Below are positions 1 to 9,816 of a stretch of DNA of 64,000 bases, piece by piece (position 1 is the first letter of the stretch; each line of letters begins with the position of its first letter). Source of the stretch: Candidatus Latescibacterota bacterium (GTDB lineage: Bacteria; Latescibacterota; UBA2968); NCBI GenBank assembly GCA_965198115.1, contig OZ240241.1, positions 384,001 through 448,000 on the forward strand. Reading direction: 5' to 3'. The translations under genes were made by a program, and so were the position numbers. Under the pieces are notes generated by a model. The model saw nothing but the letters and a program-made list of their open reading frames with translations, had not been told where the DNA came from and searched no databases.

Positions 1-1063
1 TAGCTCCATCAGTGATGAGGTCCACGATCAACTCGAGTCATTGTCTCGTTCGCGTAGCATGTCTCACGCTTTGGTGCGTCGCGCGAAGATCGTCTTGATG
101 AGCGATTGCGGTCTGACCAATCAGGAGATCGCGGAACGAGTCGGGTTGTCCGGAGCGTCTGTCGGCAAGTGGCGTCGTCGCTTCTGCGAGCAAGGCTTGA
201 TGGGACTGTATGACGAATTGCGTCCTGGAGGGCCACGGTCGGTCAGCGACGAAGAGATCTCCTCCCTCATCTACAAGACGCTCAAGAAGCAACCGAAGGG
301 TGCCACCCACTGGACCTGTCGTTCGATGGCCGACGAGACGGGGCTCTCCAAGTCCTCGGTTCAACGTGTATGGAAAGCTTTTGGACTGCAACCGCATCGA
401 CAGAAGCACTTCAAACTGTCGAACGATCCCTTCTTCGTCGAGAAAGTCAGGGATATCGTCGGTCTATACCTGAACCCACCGGACAACGCGATGGTGCTCT
501 GTGTAGACGAGAAGAGCCAGATTCAAGCACTCGAACGGACACAACCGATTCTTCCTTTGGGTCTCGGATACGTCGAGGGCGTCACTCACAGCTATATCCG
601 GAACGGCACGACCACCCTCTTTGCAGCGCTCAACATCGCATCCGGCAAAGTTCTGACTCAGTGCAAGCCCAGACACCGCAACAAAGAGTTCCTTCAGTTC
701 CTCAAGCACATCGACAAGAACGTCCCAAAGGATCTCGACATCCATCTGGTCGTCGATAATTACGGCACGCACAAGCACCCGAACGTCAAGCGTTGGCTCG
801 CCTCACGGAAACGATATCACGTGCACTACACACCAACATATGCCTCCTGGCTGAACCAGGTAGAGATCTGGTTCGGTATCATCACCCAAAGAGCCATTCG
901 ACGAGGCACCTTCAGAAGCGTCAAGGACCTGATCGCCTGCATCAAGAAATTCACTGATCACTACAACGAGAATTCTACACCCTTCGTCTGGACCGCCACG
1001 GCAGATTCAATCCTCGAGAAAGTCCATAAACTTTTGAAGCTTATACGCGGGACGTGACACTAG
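1..1063 (+). mobile_element. IS630-family insertion sequence, 5' end outside the window
   Basis: Transposase ORF ends at ...GGGACGTGACACTAG with CTAG target at 1060-1063; a close paralog lies at 38929-41473 (-). Confidence 0.9.
2..1057 (+). CDS. IS630-family transposase (frame open from window start)
   Basis: N-terminal HTH and DDE motifs (CVDEKSQIQAL, LVVDNYGTHK, SWLNQVEIWF). The frame upstream of 41 matches the paralog N-terminus (ISDEVxDQL). Confidence 0.93.
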   Translation, partial: SSISDEVHDQLESLSRSRSMSHALVRRAKIVLMSDCGLTNQEIAERVGLSGASVGKWRRRFCEQGLMGLYDELRPGGPRSVSDEEISSLIYKTLKKQPKGATHWTCRSMADETGLSKSSVQRVWKAFGLQPHRQKHFKLSNDPFFVEKVRDIVGLYLNPPDNAMVLCVDEKSQIQALERTQPILPLGLGYVEGVTHSYIRNGTTTLFAALNIASGKVLTQCKPRHRNKEFLQFLKHIDKNVPKDLDIHLVVDNYGTHKHPNVKRWLASRKRYHVHYTPTYASWLNQVEIWFGIITQRAIRRGTFRSVKDLIACIKKFTDHYNENSTPFVWTATADSILEKVHKLLKLIRGT

Positions 1064-1253
1064 TGGCCTGTTACGTAATCGCCCTTAAAATCAGAAGAGC
1101 AGGGTCACTTCGAGCCCTTCGTCAGGCTCAGAATAAACTCCGTCGAGAAGTCCCTATTCGCGATTCGTAATGGGCGTGTTCTCGACTACGCTCGAACTGA
1201 CGCCGCTCAGTCTGGCAGCAAAAGTCCAGTACTACTTCGTGACAGGCCACTAG
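1060..1253. mobile_element. MITE-like non-autonomous element with CTAG ends containing a REPIN-like core
   Basis: Terminal inverted repeats CTAGTGGCCTGTTACG / CGTGACAGGCCACTAG. Internal inverted REP-like pair GTCACTTCGAGC...GTCGAGAA (from 1104) / TTCTCGACTACGCTCGAACTGAC (to 1201). Confidence 0.7.
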
Positions 1254-1307
1254 TTCTTCTTCGTGGGGCTGAAAAGTGACTCAAAGAGCAGTGATTCAAT
1301 TCAGTTC

Positions 1308-2679
1308 GAGCTATAATCAAAAGGTGTGGAAAAAGAGAAAGGGCGACCCTACCCTTCCCGTGAGATAGTTGATTCACACAAAACCGGGTGAGAGGCCCGG
1401 TTGGGAAGGAGGATCGCCGTGAAGGAACATACGCATAGAGCCCCATTGAAGTCCATGCCGACGTGGGAGACGGTTGACGATTGGATCCGTGAAGAGATCC
1501 AGGGCCGGTTCCAGTCCATTCTGGAGGAGGAGGCGACCGCGTTCTTGGGCCGGTCGTGGTATGAGCGCCGAGCCGAGGTCGATAGCTCCACGGGCTACAG
1601 GAACGGCTACGGCAAGCCCCGGCGTCTCTCGACGAGCTGCGGAACGATCAAGGTCCGGCGTCCCCGGGTTCGTGGTCTGGAAGAGCGGTTTGAAAGCCGC
1701 ATCCTCCTCCTGTTCGCCCGGAGAACCAGGGCCATTGGAGATCTGCTTCCCGACCTTTATCTCCACGGTCTCTCCCAGGGCGACTTCGAGTTGTCTTTGC
1801 GTGCGCTGCTCGGTGATGGCGCGCCGCTTTCGCCGACCTCGATCGCTCGTCTTCGAGGGAAGTGGGAGGTCGACTTCCAGGACTGGAAAGAAAGGCGTCT
1901 GGATAATCGCGAACTGGTCTACGCCTGGGCTGATGGCATCTACGTCAAAGCCGGGCTCGAGCGCGAGAAGGCGTGTCTGCTGGTCGTGATCGGCGCGATG
2001 AGCGACGGCAGCAAGGAGATCCTGGCGATAGAACCCGGTTATCGAGTCTACAGAATCCTGGCTCACGGTGCTCCGGGATCTCCGGGATCGCGGGCTCGAA
2101 CATCCTGTCCTGATCGCCGCGGACGGGAATATGGGCATCTGGGCGGCCGTTGATCAGGTCTGGCCAGAGAGCCGGCAACAACGGTGCTGGAACCACAAGA
2201 TCCTCAACGTGCTCGACAAGGTCGCCAAGCGTGCACAGGCTGAAGCCCGCGCACTGCTCGTCCAGATCCCCTATGCCGGCACGAAAAAGGAGGCCGAGAA
2301 GCTCCGGAAACGCTTTGCCGCACGGTATCGCTCACAGTTCCCTGCCGCCGTGGAGACGCTCGAAAGAGACTGGGATCGGATGGTCACGTTCTACGACTTC
2401 CCGAAGGAACACTGGAAACACCTGAGAACCACGAACGTCGTCGAGAGCCCCTTTGCTTCCGTTCGGCTTCGCACAAACGCCGCCAGGCGATTCAAGAAAG
2501 TCAGGAACGCCACGACTCTCATCTGGCGTACGCTCAAGGTCGCAGAGAGCCGATTCAGGAAACTCACCGCGCCACACTTGCTACAACAAGTCTACGATCA
2601 GAAACACTCAACCGGACCGCAGGTCGAAGCCGGGAAGATGGCCGCCTGATTTCATTTACACACCTATTGACCTGAACTC
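1308..2679 (+). mobile_element. IS256-family element, copy A
   Basis: Ends GAGCTATAATCAAAAGGTGTG / CACACCTATTGACCTGAACTC; 8-bp TSD TTCAGTTC at 1300-1307 and 2680-2687. Confidence 0.95.
1401..2649 (+). pseudogene. IS256 transposase, frameshifted
   Basis: Split into 1401..2153 and 2068..2649 by a 2-bp deletion near 2044 (CGAGTC vs CGAGAGTC in the intact copies). Confidence 0.9.
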
Positions 2680-2753
2680 TTCAGTTCCACCCCACTTCAA
2701 CAGAACTATAGACCGTGATGTAAGCGTCTTATTCCCTCACCCAGGACCCCATC

Positions 2754-3551
2754 GTGAAAATCGGCGCCTCCACCATCCTCTACCGTGACCGTCCGCTAAC
2801 CCGGGAACTCTTCCAGGAATTCCAGAAAGCGGGTATCGACTCGCTGGAACTGACAGACTATCACCCGGACTTTTCCTACAGGGATCTCGACGAACTCGCA
2901 TCCCTGCGCCTGGCAATGGCCGACCTGTCATTGCATCTCAATACGCTGCACATCCACCTCGAGATCTTCGACGACTACGACCTCGCGACCCTCGACGCGG
3001 CCCAGCGGGACAAGACGCTCACGGCTTACCGTCAGGCGGTCGATGCGATGGAGGTTCTTGGCGGCGGCATCCTCGTGACACATCACATCCAGATTCCGGA
3101 ACCCGATGGAGTGTCACACGCCGCAAAGCGAGCGTCCTTCATCGACAATCTTCGCACCGTTGCGGCCTATGCGGCCCCCAAGGAGGTCTCTTTCGCGGTG
3201 GAGAACACCTCCGGGGGCTACACCCGCGAGCCCACACGACTCGTCCAGTTGATCACGGACATCGATGCACCGAACGTTGGCATCGTCATCGACACCGGGC
3301 ACCGTAACATGGTCGGCGATCCGGTCGAAGCCTTGCGCATCGCCGGACCCCATCTCATCACGCTGCACCTCCACGACAACCACGGCAAACAGGATGAACA
3401 TCTGCTCCCGGGACGCGGCAACATCGATTGGAACGGCGTCGTTGAGGCGTTGGATGAGATTGCGTACCCCGGCGTCTTCTTGTACGAGCTCGACCGATCT
3501 GAAGACCTGCCGGACATCCGCGAGAACGCTGAGCAACTCCAGAAACACTGA
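2754..3551 (+). CDS. Sugar phosphate isomerase/epimerase (xylose isomerase-like TIM barrel)
   Basis: Motifs FAVEN, IDTGH, LHLHDNHGKQDEHLLPGRGNIDW, LYE. Confidence 0.88.
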   Translation: MKIGASTILYRDRPLTRELFQEFQKAGIDSLELTDYHPDFSYRDLDELASLRLAMADLSLHLNTLHIHLEIFDDYDLATLDAAQRDKTLTAYRQAVDAMEVLGGGILVTHHIQIPEPDGVSHAAKRASFIDNLRTVAAYAAPKEVSFAVENTSGGYTREPTRLVQLITDIDAPNVGIVIDTGHRNMVGDPVEALRIAGPHLITLHLHDNHGKQDEHLLPGRGNIDWNGVVEALDEIAYPGVFLYELDRSEDLPDIRENAEQLQKH

Positions 3552-3581
3552 ACCATCAAGACTCCAAGCGGAGACTTCATT

Positions 3582-3618
3582 AAGCCCTGAGTTTTCCAGA
3601 TCAGAAATTCAGGGTTTT
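3582..3618 (+). terminator. Probable intrinsic terminator
   Basis: Hairpin AAGCCCTGAGTTT...AAATTCAGGGTTTT after the isomerase gene. Confidence 0.5.
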
Positions 3619-3649
3619 CCGCAGCCCACAAGGTACCACTTCAATCTCC

Positions 3650-3760
3650 GCCTAATCTCCTCGATCAGCCACGCTTGCCCGCGAGCCCCGCTTGCACGGG
3701 GCTCCTCACCGTCGCATCTTGAGTTGCGATGCACCTGTGCCACCATCGTTTGCTGCTGGT
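3650..3760 (+). promoter_or_regulatory. Copy of the sensor-kinase promoter module plus a decayed kinase N-terminus
   Basis: TTGCAC-17-CATCTT-GAGTTGCG-ATG followed by CACCTGTGCCACCATC, matching 5460-5545. Confidence 0.6.
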
Positions 3761-3932
3761 GTTCGTCCAGTTGATGCACGTCAGTGGTTGGGATTGATTC
3801 ACTGGATCGAAAGAGGAAAGAAGGACATCTCACTTGGGGCACGCACTCTCGAATGGACATTGCTCCCGGAGCCGTCAACGGGGTCCCGTCTCTCTACGGG
3901 CACTCTTTCGCTTTCAATCTGAAAGGTAAAGG

Positions 3933-5441
3933 TTGGCAGACCGACCGAAGTTTCTCGAAGCGATGGAACCGACCGTATGGTTCGGGTCGGCTGGGCTGGT
4001 CATCTTGTTCTGTGTCTATGGCGGTCTTTTCACCGAACACGCCGCCGATGTCTTCAACACAGCTCAGAGCTTTATCGCGACCAAGTTTGGGTGGTTCTAC
4101 ATCCTGTCGGTGAGCTTTTTCCTCGGGTTTGTAGTCTGGCTGTTGTTCAGTCCCTACGGTCGAATCAAACTCGGCGCAGACGATCAAGAGCCGGAGTTCG
4201 GTTACTTCGCCTGGTTCACGATGCTCTTCAGTGCGGGGATGGGTATCGGATTGGTCTTCTGGGGCATTGCCGAACCTATCATGCACTACCATAGTCCGCC
4301 AATCGCCGAGCCAGAATCTCCGGACGCCCTCGTCGAGTCGATGAAATTCACGTTCTTCCACTGGGGATTCCACCCGTGGGCAGTCTACATCATCTTTGGG
4401 CTGGGTATCGCCTACTATCACTTCCGGCACGATCTCCCGCTTGCTCCCCGCTCTTTGCTCTACCCCGTACTCGGCGAGCGATACCGGGGGATGGTCGGTC
4501 ACGTGACAGATATTCTGTGTACCGTCGGCACGTTGTTCGGCGTGGCCACCTCGCTTGGACTGGGTGCGATGCAGATCAACGCAGGGATCAACGCGTACAC
4601 CACGATTCCGATAACTACAACCGCCCAGATCTGGATCATCGTGCTGATCACGCTCGCGGCGACCGTTTCGGTCGTTTCGGGGATCGAGCGAGGCATCCGC
4701 CTGGTCAGCGAATTCAACATCATCCTGGGCGGGCTGGTCTTGCTGTTTGTGTTTCTCGCTGGGCCAACTCTGTTTCAGCTGAAGCTGTTGACCAACACGC
4801 TCGGGAGCTACGTATCGGGCCTGGTCAACCTCAGCCTGTGGATAGATCTGACCGAGGAGGCTTCGTGGCAGAAGAGCTGGACCATCTTCTACTGGGGTTG
4901 GTGGATTTCGTGGTCGCCGTTCGTGGGGATCTTCATTGCCCGGATCTCGAAAGGCAGGACGATCCGAGAGTTCGTCCTGAACGTCTTTCTGGCACCTACC
5001 GCGGTCACGTTTCTTTGGTTGGCCGTCTTCGGGGGAACAGGGCTGCATATGGAAATCTTTCAAAATGGAGAGATTTCCAAAGCCGTATCTGAGAACGTGG
5101 CGCTCTCCATGAACGCCTTGTTTTCGAATCTGCCCTTCGCCACGGTCATGCCCGCCATTGGAACCTTGCTCGTCATTACCTTTTTCATCACATCGTCGGA
5201 CTCCGGGTCCCTCGTGGACGACATGGTGACGTCCGGGGGCCATCCTGATCCACCGACGGCGCAGCGTGTGTTCTGGGCCATCGCCGAGGGAGCGGTAGCG
5301 GGTGTCCTGCTCTATACCGGCGGGCTGTCGGCCCTCCAGACGGCTTCGATTACCTCCGGACTTCCTCTCACGGTCCTCCTCCTGCTCACCTGCTATGGTC
5401 TGACCAAAGCACTTCGAATCGACCTGGCCGACCAAAGCTGA
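3933..5441 (+). CDS. BCCT family (betaine/choline/carnitine) transporter
   Basis: Motifs WFTMLFSAGMGIGLVFWG, FHWGFHPWAVY, WTIFYWGWWISWSPFVG, ISKGRTIREF; start may be ATG 3963. Confidence 0.95.
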   Translation: MADRPKFLEAMEPTVWFGSAGLVILFCVYGGLFTEHAADVFNTAQSFIATKFGWFYILSVSFFLGFVVWLLFSPYGRIKLGADDQEPEFGYFAWFTMLFSAGMGIGLVFWGIAEPIMHYHSPPIAEPESPDALVESMKFTFFHWGFHPWAVYIIFGLGIAYYHFRHDLPLAPRSLLYPVLGERYRGMVGHVTDILCTVGTLFGVATSLGLGAMQINAGINAYTTIPITTTAQIWIIVLITLAATVSVVSGIERGIRLVSEFNIILGGLVLLFVFLAGPTLFQLKLLTNTLGSYVSGLVNLSLWIDLTEEASWQKSWTIFYWGWWISWSPFVGIFIARISKGRTIREFVLNVFLAPTAVTFLWLAVFGGTGLHMEIFQNGEISKAVSENVALSMNALFSNLPFATVMPAIGTLLVITFFITSSDSGSLVDDMVTSGGHPDPPTAQRVFWAIAEGAVAGVLLYTGGLSALQTASITSGLPLTVLLLLTCYGLTKALRIDLADQS

Positions 5442-5484
5442 ACCATCCTCATTCAGCTTCTGTAATCCCCTCCATCAACCGCCC

Positions 5485-5521
5485 TTGCCCGCCATTCCTC
5501 GCCGTCGCATCTTGGGTTGCG
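5485..5521 (+). promoter_or_regulatory. Sigma70-like promoter, probably leaderless
   Basis: TTGCCC-17-CATCTT, then 8 nt to ATG 5522 with no Shine-Dalgarno; the module is conserved in 3 copies. Confidence 0.55.
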
Positions 5522-7705
5522 ATGCGCACCTATGCCACCATCCTTGTCCTGCTGCTGACGTTGGGGCCGTCTTGGTCCGCCGAGCCGACGCTCGCACGGC
5601 TCTCATTTTGGGTGCCGCCCGAGCGGATGGACGCGTTCGCGACGGCCTACCGAGAAAAGTTGCTGCCCATCCTCAAGAGCCACGGCCTCGTCGAATCGTC
5701 CCAACCTGCACGCGCCACGGTGGACAGCGTGTTCAGCCGATTGTTCGAGTTCGATTCGCCGGCAGAAGTGGTGGCGATGCGTCTGATCCTCATCTATGAC
5801 AAGAAGTGGGCGGAACAGCTGGAGGAGCTCGGCCTCGAGGCCACTTGGTGGCCAGGAAGAAGATTCAGGTTCGGTCATTACGCGACACCAGCCGGTCCAG
5901 GCAGGGTTGTCAAGGCAGGGCCCGGTAAGGTCGTGCCCGCCGGCCGGGGACGCGGACAGTGGCGGACCTACGACACGGTGGATGGTCTGGCTACTCAAGA
6001 AACGCGGACGATTCTGCAGGACCGGAGGGGCTATCTCTGGTTCGGGACGTGGGGTGGTGGGGTGAGTCGCTACGACGGGCAGACCTTCACAACCTACACC
6101 AGGAACGATGTAATCAAATCAAACATAGTCTTTTCGATGGTGGAGGATCGTGACGGGAACATCCTGATTCCCGGCGGGGGAGGCATAAGCCGGTATGACG
6201 GCCAATCCTGGACATTCCTCGCCAACGAGGAGTTGTTTGGGGTGTATCGCGCCCTCGAGGATCGTGACGGTAACCTGTGGTTCGTGACGCGCCAAGGGGT
6301 GATTCGCTACGATCCCCGGGTCACGCCTCTCTCGACGGAGTCCATCCGGAAGGAAAAAGAAAGGCCTGGGACAGGCGCGGCAGACTCTTCCACTATCTCG
6401 CAGGCTGCTTGGACCTCTTTCACTGCGGACGATGTAGGCGAGGAGGGGGTCAATGCGGTGTTTCAGGATCGGGATGGCTACCTCTGGTTCGGGACGGATG
6501 GTGGGGGCCAAGGGGATAGGCTGGGTCGCATCGGTGCAAGTCGCTACGATGGACATACGTGGACGACCTTTAGCACCGAGGATGGTCTGGCAGAGAACCG
6601 GGTGATGGTGATTTTTCAGGATCGAGATGGGAATCTGTGGTTCGGGACACACACCTTCACGACGGCGGAAGGTCTTCCCAGCAACCGCACCATCTCGGCG
6701 CTTCGTGATCGTGAGGGCCAACTGTGGTTCGCCACAGGTCGTGGTCTGACTCGATTCGATGGCCGGACTTTCACGACCTATGGCACCGAGGATGGATTGG
6801 GTTCGAATGCGGCTCAGAAGATCTATCAGGACCGGAGTGGCGATCTGTGGATTACTCAGAGGGCTGGCTTGAGCCGATACGATGGTGTGACTTTCACCGC
6901 CTACACGGATGAGGATGGGCTGGGAGCTGCGCGTCATCGTGGTGGCAACCCGATCCAACAGGACCGGAACGGGGACCTCTGGTTCGGATTGTGGGCAGGT
7001 GGCGGAGTGAGCCGCTACGATGGCCGCACCTTTGTCACTTTCAATGTCGAAGACGGTCTGTCCCGGAACTCGTCTCAGGTCAACTCGATTCTCCAGGACC
7101 GTCGAAACTCCCTCTGGATCGGCAACGGCGCTGGCCTGAGCCAATACGAACCTGACCCGGATCCTGGACAGGTTGCATTCACGGCGATCGATGCGCTGGC
7201 GGGCAAAGGAGCCTGGACGAGCCTGGAGGACCGGGATGGTAACCTATGGTTCGGCACCTGGGGAGACGGCGTGGCTTGCTATGACGGTCGCGACTTCACG
7301 ATGTACACCACGGAAGATGGGCTGGCACATAATGACGTGCTGGCGATCATTCAGGACCGACACGGCCATCTGTGGTTCGGCACCGACGGCGGCCTGGTGA
7401 GCCGCTACGACGGCCAAGTCTTTCAGACGCTCACCCGCGAGGATGGCCTCACCGGGCAGGCTGTGCGGGGGATGTTCGCGGACAAAAATGGCGACATCTG
7501 GATGATGACGCTCAACGGCATCGTCCGCTATCGCGAACCGGAGCCCTATCCGCCCGGCGTGTTCGTCGACGCAGTCGTCGCGGACCGGCGCTATGACGAT
7601 CCGTCGAACATTGCTATCTCCTCCGAAGTCACCCTGACCTCGTTCGAGTTCCACGGGATGAGCCTCAAGACCCGTCCTGGCGCAATGGTCACCGGTATCG
7701 ATTGA
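5522..7705 (+). CDS. Sensor kinase N-terminal part: signal peptide plus two-component regulator beta-propeller (Reg_prop) repeats
   Basis: Many QDRDGNLWFGT/GVSRYDG repeats. A 1-nt deletion near 7691 (ATGGTC[T]ACCGGTATCGATTG = MVYRYRL) joins it to the next ORF. Confidence 0.88.
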   Translation: MRTYATILVLLLTLGPSWSAEPTLARLSFWVPPERMDAFATAYREKLLPILKSHGLVESSQPARATVDSVFSRLFEFDSPAEVVAMRLILIYDKKWAEQLEELGLEATWWPGRRFRFGHYATPAGPGRVVKAGPGKVVPAGRGRGQWRTYDTVDGLATQETRTILQDRRGYLWFGTWGGGVSRYDGQTFTTYTRNDVIKSNIVFSMVEDRDGNILIPGGGGISRYDGQSWTFLANEELFGVYRALEDRDGNLWFVTRQGVIRYDPRVTPLSTESIRKEKERPGTGAADSSTISQAAWTSFTADDVGEEGVNAVFQDRDGYLWFGTDGGGQGDRLGRIGASRYDGHTWTTFSTEDGLAENRVMVIFQDRDGNLWFGTHTFTTAEGLPSNRTISALRDREGQLWFATGRGLTRFDGRTFTTYGTEDGLGSNAAQKIYQDRSGDLWITQRAGLSRYDGVTFTAYTDEDGLGAARHRGGNPIQQDRNGDLWFGLWAGGGVSRYDGRTFVTFNVEDGLSRNSSQVNSILQDRRNSLWIGNGAGLSQYEPDPDPGQVAFTAIDALAGKGAWTSLEDRDGNLWFGTWGDGVACYDGRDFTMYTTEDGLAHNDVLAIIQDRHGHLWFGTDGGLVSRYDGQVFQTLTREDGLTGQAVRGMFADKNGDIWMMTLNGIVRYREPEPYPPGVFVDAVVADRRYDDPSNIAISSEVTLTSFEFHGMSLKTRPGAMVTGID

Positions 7706-9768
7706 ACCCACATCACGACTGGCGAAACACGCGAGAGCAACGCGTCGAGTATCAGGATCTGCCGCGAGGCGATTACACGTTCGAGGTCGAGGCAGTGGAT
7801 CGGGACCTGGTCTACTCGGAGTCTCCCGCCGTCGTCGCGCTGACGGTTCACCTTCCGCGAGAACGGGTCGCGCTCTGGTTGGGGCTATGCGTCACCATCG
7901 TGTTGGTCGGCTGGCAGACGGCGCGTGTGGTGCGTCGCGACCGTCGTCTGCGGCAATCCAACGAGGCCCTCTCCGCCGCAAACAACGAGCTGTTCCAGGT
8001 CAACGTGGACCTCCAGCGCGAGCAGGTGCTGGAGCGGCTGCGGGGTCAGGCGCAGGGGATGCAGTCGAGCGAGGATATCGGGCCGGTTGTTGAGGCTGTG
8101 CATCGGGAGTTGAGCGGGCTTGGACTGCCTCTGATCCATTCGGGAATCTCTATCCACCTGTCGGAAACGAAAACGGAACAATGGGGCGTAGCAGAAGACG
8201 GCCGTGCTCACGTACCGTTTATCAGGGACCGAAGCAATGCAAGCATCGAAGCTCGCCGCCGCGGCGATGATTACGTGTATACTCGAAGCGAAGGCGAGGC
8301 AGCAAAAGACCGGGTGCGCCATCTAATTGCGCAGGGCAATCCCCGATGGAAGGGTGTTCCAGAGGAGCGGTGGCCGCGAAAGCTGGACACGTACGTCATC
8401 CACTTTAAAGGAGGCGACGCGGGTGTGAACTCTGAAGAACCCATTGCCGAGGAGTACCTCACGCTCTTCAAGCGGTTTGGGGAGGTATTCGGGTATGCCC
8501 ATTCACGGTACAAGGAACTTCAGCAGAAGGAAGCGCAGAACCGCCGCCTTGCCGTCGAGGCATCCGTTCAACGACTTCGCGCCGAAGTGCAGTCGATGGA
8601 CGAGGCGAGCGACTTTGAGCGCATCCTCTCGCTGCTGACGGAGAGCCTGAAGACGGTGGAACTCGCGTTCGATGGCTGCGAAATTGACGTGCTGGACGAG
8701 CCCGTCGAGAACCCCACGATGGCACACTTTGTAGCAAACGGGTTCCGATATACAACCTTCAGACTGGACCCCGATGGAAACGTGGCTCCCCAATCCTACA
8801 ACGTTGCCGCGCCTTTCCAACCCGTGAACGAGCAGACTATCGAACGCTTCATTGCTGGTGAGCCGTGGCAAGGTTTGAGCGATGACCTGAGGATTGTAGA
8901 AGTTCCAGCAGGAAGTTATGGTCGCCTTCGACTCACCGAGACAGACAGGGAGCAATTCGCAGACGATGAAGTCGCCACGCTTCGCGAGTTCGCCGACGCT
9001 GTCGCCCTTGGCTACGCCCGCTACCTCGATATTCGTGAAATCCAATTGAACACTGAACGAAAATCGGAGTTCCTCGCCTCGATGTCGCACGAACTCCGTA
9101 CGCCGATGAACGCTATCAAAGGCTTTACTAACCTTGTGCTGCGCCGTGAGAAGACTCTGAGTGACCGGGGACAAGAGAATCTACAGAAGGCCACTCAGGC
9201 GTCAGACCGACTATTGGCAATGATTGACGACCTGATGGACCTGTCGAAGATTGAAGCGGGCCGGATGGACGTGAACCCCGAGCGGTTCAATGTGCGGGGC
9301 CTGATTGCGTCGGCGTGTGACACGGTCAGTCCACTGGTACAGGAGGGCGTGGAGCTACGCCAGGACGTGGCCGGCCCTTCGGCAAGCTCAGGGCAGGCTC
9401 AGCTAATGGCGAACACCGACAAGGCACGGGTCCAGCAGATGGTCATCAACCTGCTGAGCAACGCTATCAAATTCACCGACAGCGGCAGCGTGACCGTGAG
9501 CGCGTTACAGGCTGAAGATCAACTGGTCATCGCCGTCAGCGACACCGGCAAGGGCATCCCCGCCGACGAGCTACCGAGCATCTTCGACGAATATCGTCAG
9601 GCCGAGGGGTCAGAGAGCGGTGTGCAGAAGGGGACTGGCCTGGGGCTGTCGATTACGAAGAAGTTCGCGGAGTTGCTGGGCGGGTCGATTGGTGTGGAGA
9701 GCGAGGTGGGCAAGGGGAGCACGTTCACGGTGCGGGTGCCGGTGGAATACGGGGAATCTTCGTCTTAA
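7702..9768 (+). CDS. Sensor histidine kinase C-terminal part (Y_Y_Y, TM, HisKA, HATPase_c)
   Basis: GDYTFEVEAVD, FLASMSHELRTPMNAI, NLLSNAIKFT, DTGKGI, GTGLGL. Likely one gene with 5522..7705. Confidence 0.92.
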   Translation: MNPHHDWRNTREQRVEYQDLPRGDYTFEVEAVDRDLVYSESPAVVALTVHLPRERVALWLGLCVTIVLVGWQTARVVRRDRRLRQSNEALSAANNELFQVNVDLQREQVLERLRGQAQGMQSSEDIGPVVEAVHRELSGLGLPLIHSGISIHLSETKTEQWGVAEDGRAHVPFIRDRSNASIEARRRGDDYVYTRSEGEAAKDRVRHLIAQGNPRWKGVPEERWPRKLDTYVIHFKGGDAGVNSEEPIAEEYLTLFKRFGEVFGYAHSRYKELQQKEAQNRRLAVEASVQRLRAEVQSMDEASDFERILSLLTESLKTVELAFDGCEIDVLDEPVENPTMAHFVANGFRYTTFRLDPDGNVAPQSYNVAAPFQPVNEQTIERFIAGEPWQGLSDDLRIVEVPAGSYGRLRLTETDREQFADDEVATLREFADAVALGYARYLDIREIQLNTERKSEFLASMSHELRTPMNAIKGFTNLVLRREKTLSDRGQENLQKATQASDRLLAMIDDLMDLSKIEAGRMDVNPERFNVRGLIASACDTVSPLVQEGVELRQDVAGPSASSGQAQLMANTDKARVQQMVINLLSNAIKFTDSGSVTVSALQAEDQLVIAVSDTGKGIPADELPSIFDEYRQAEGSESGVQKGTGLGLSITKKFAELLGGSIGVESEVGKGSTFTVRVPVEYGESSS
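9375..9398 (+). repeat. REP-like palindrome inserted in frame in the kinase
   Basis: CCCTTCGGCAAGCTCAGGGCAGGC (24 bp, peptide PSASSGQA) matches the intergenic copy at 17295-17319 (-). Confidence 0.7.
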
Positions 9769-9816
9769 GACAACGACTTGCAGGCTACCCACGAGCATTG
9801 GGGAGGATGGACCACG

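Noticed and set aside
3894-5435. Long antisense ORFs (also 6119..7144, 21441..22517, 32909..34051, 47754..48869, 62418..63578)
   Set aside because: They are GC-rich shadow frames of well-supported genes on the opposite strand, with no motifs.
5950-7530. Regularly spaced TGGTTCGG / CGCTACGA repeats resembling a CRISPR array
   Set aside because: They are degenerate, codon-phased beta-propeller repeats inside a CDS, with no identical repeats and no cas genes.
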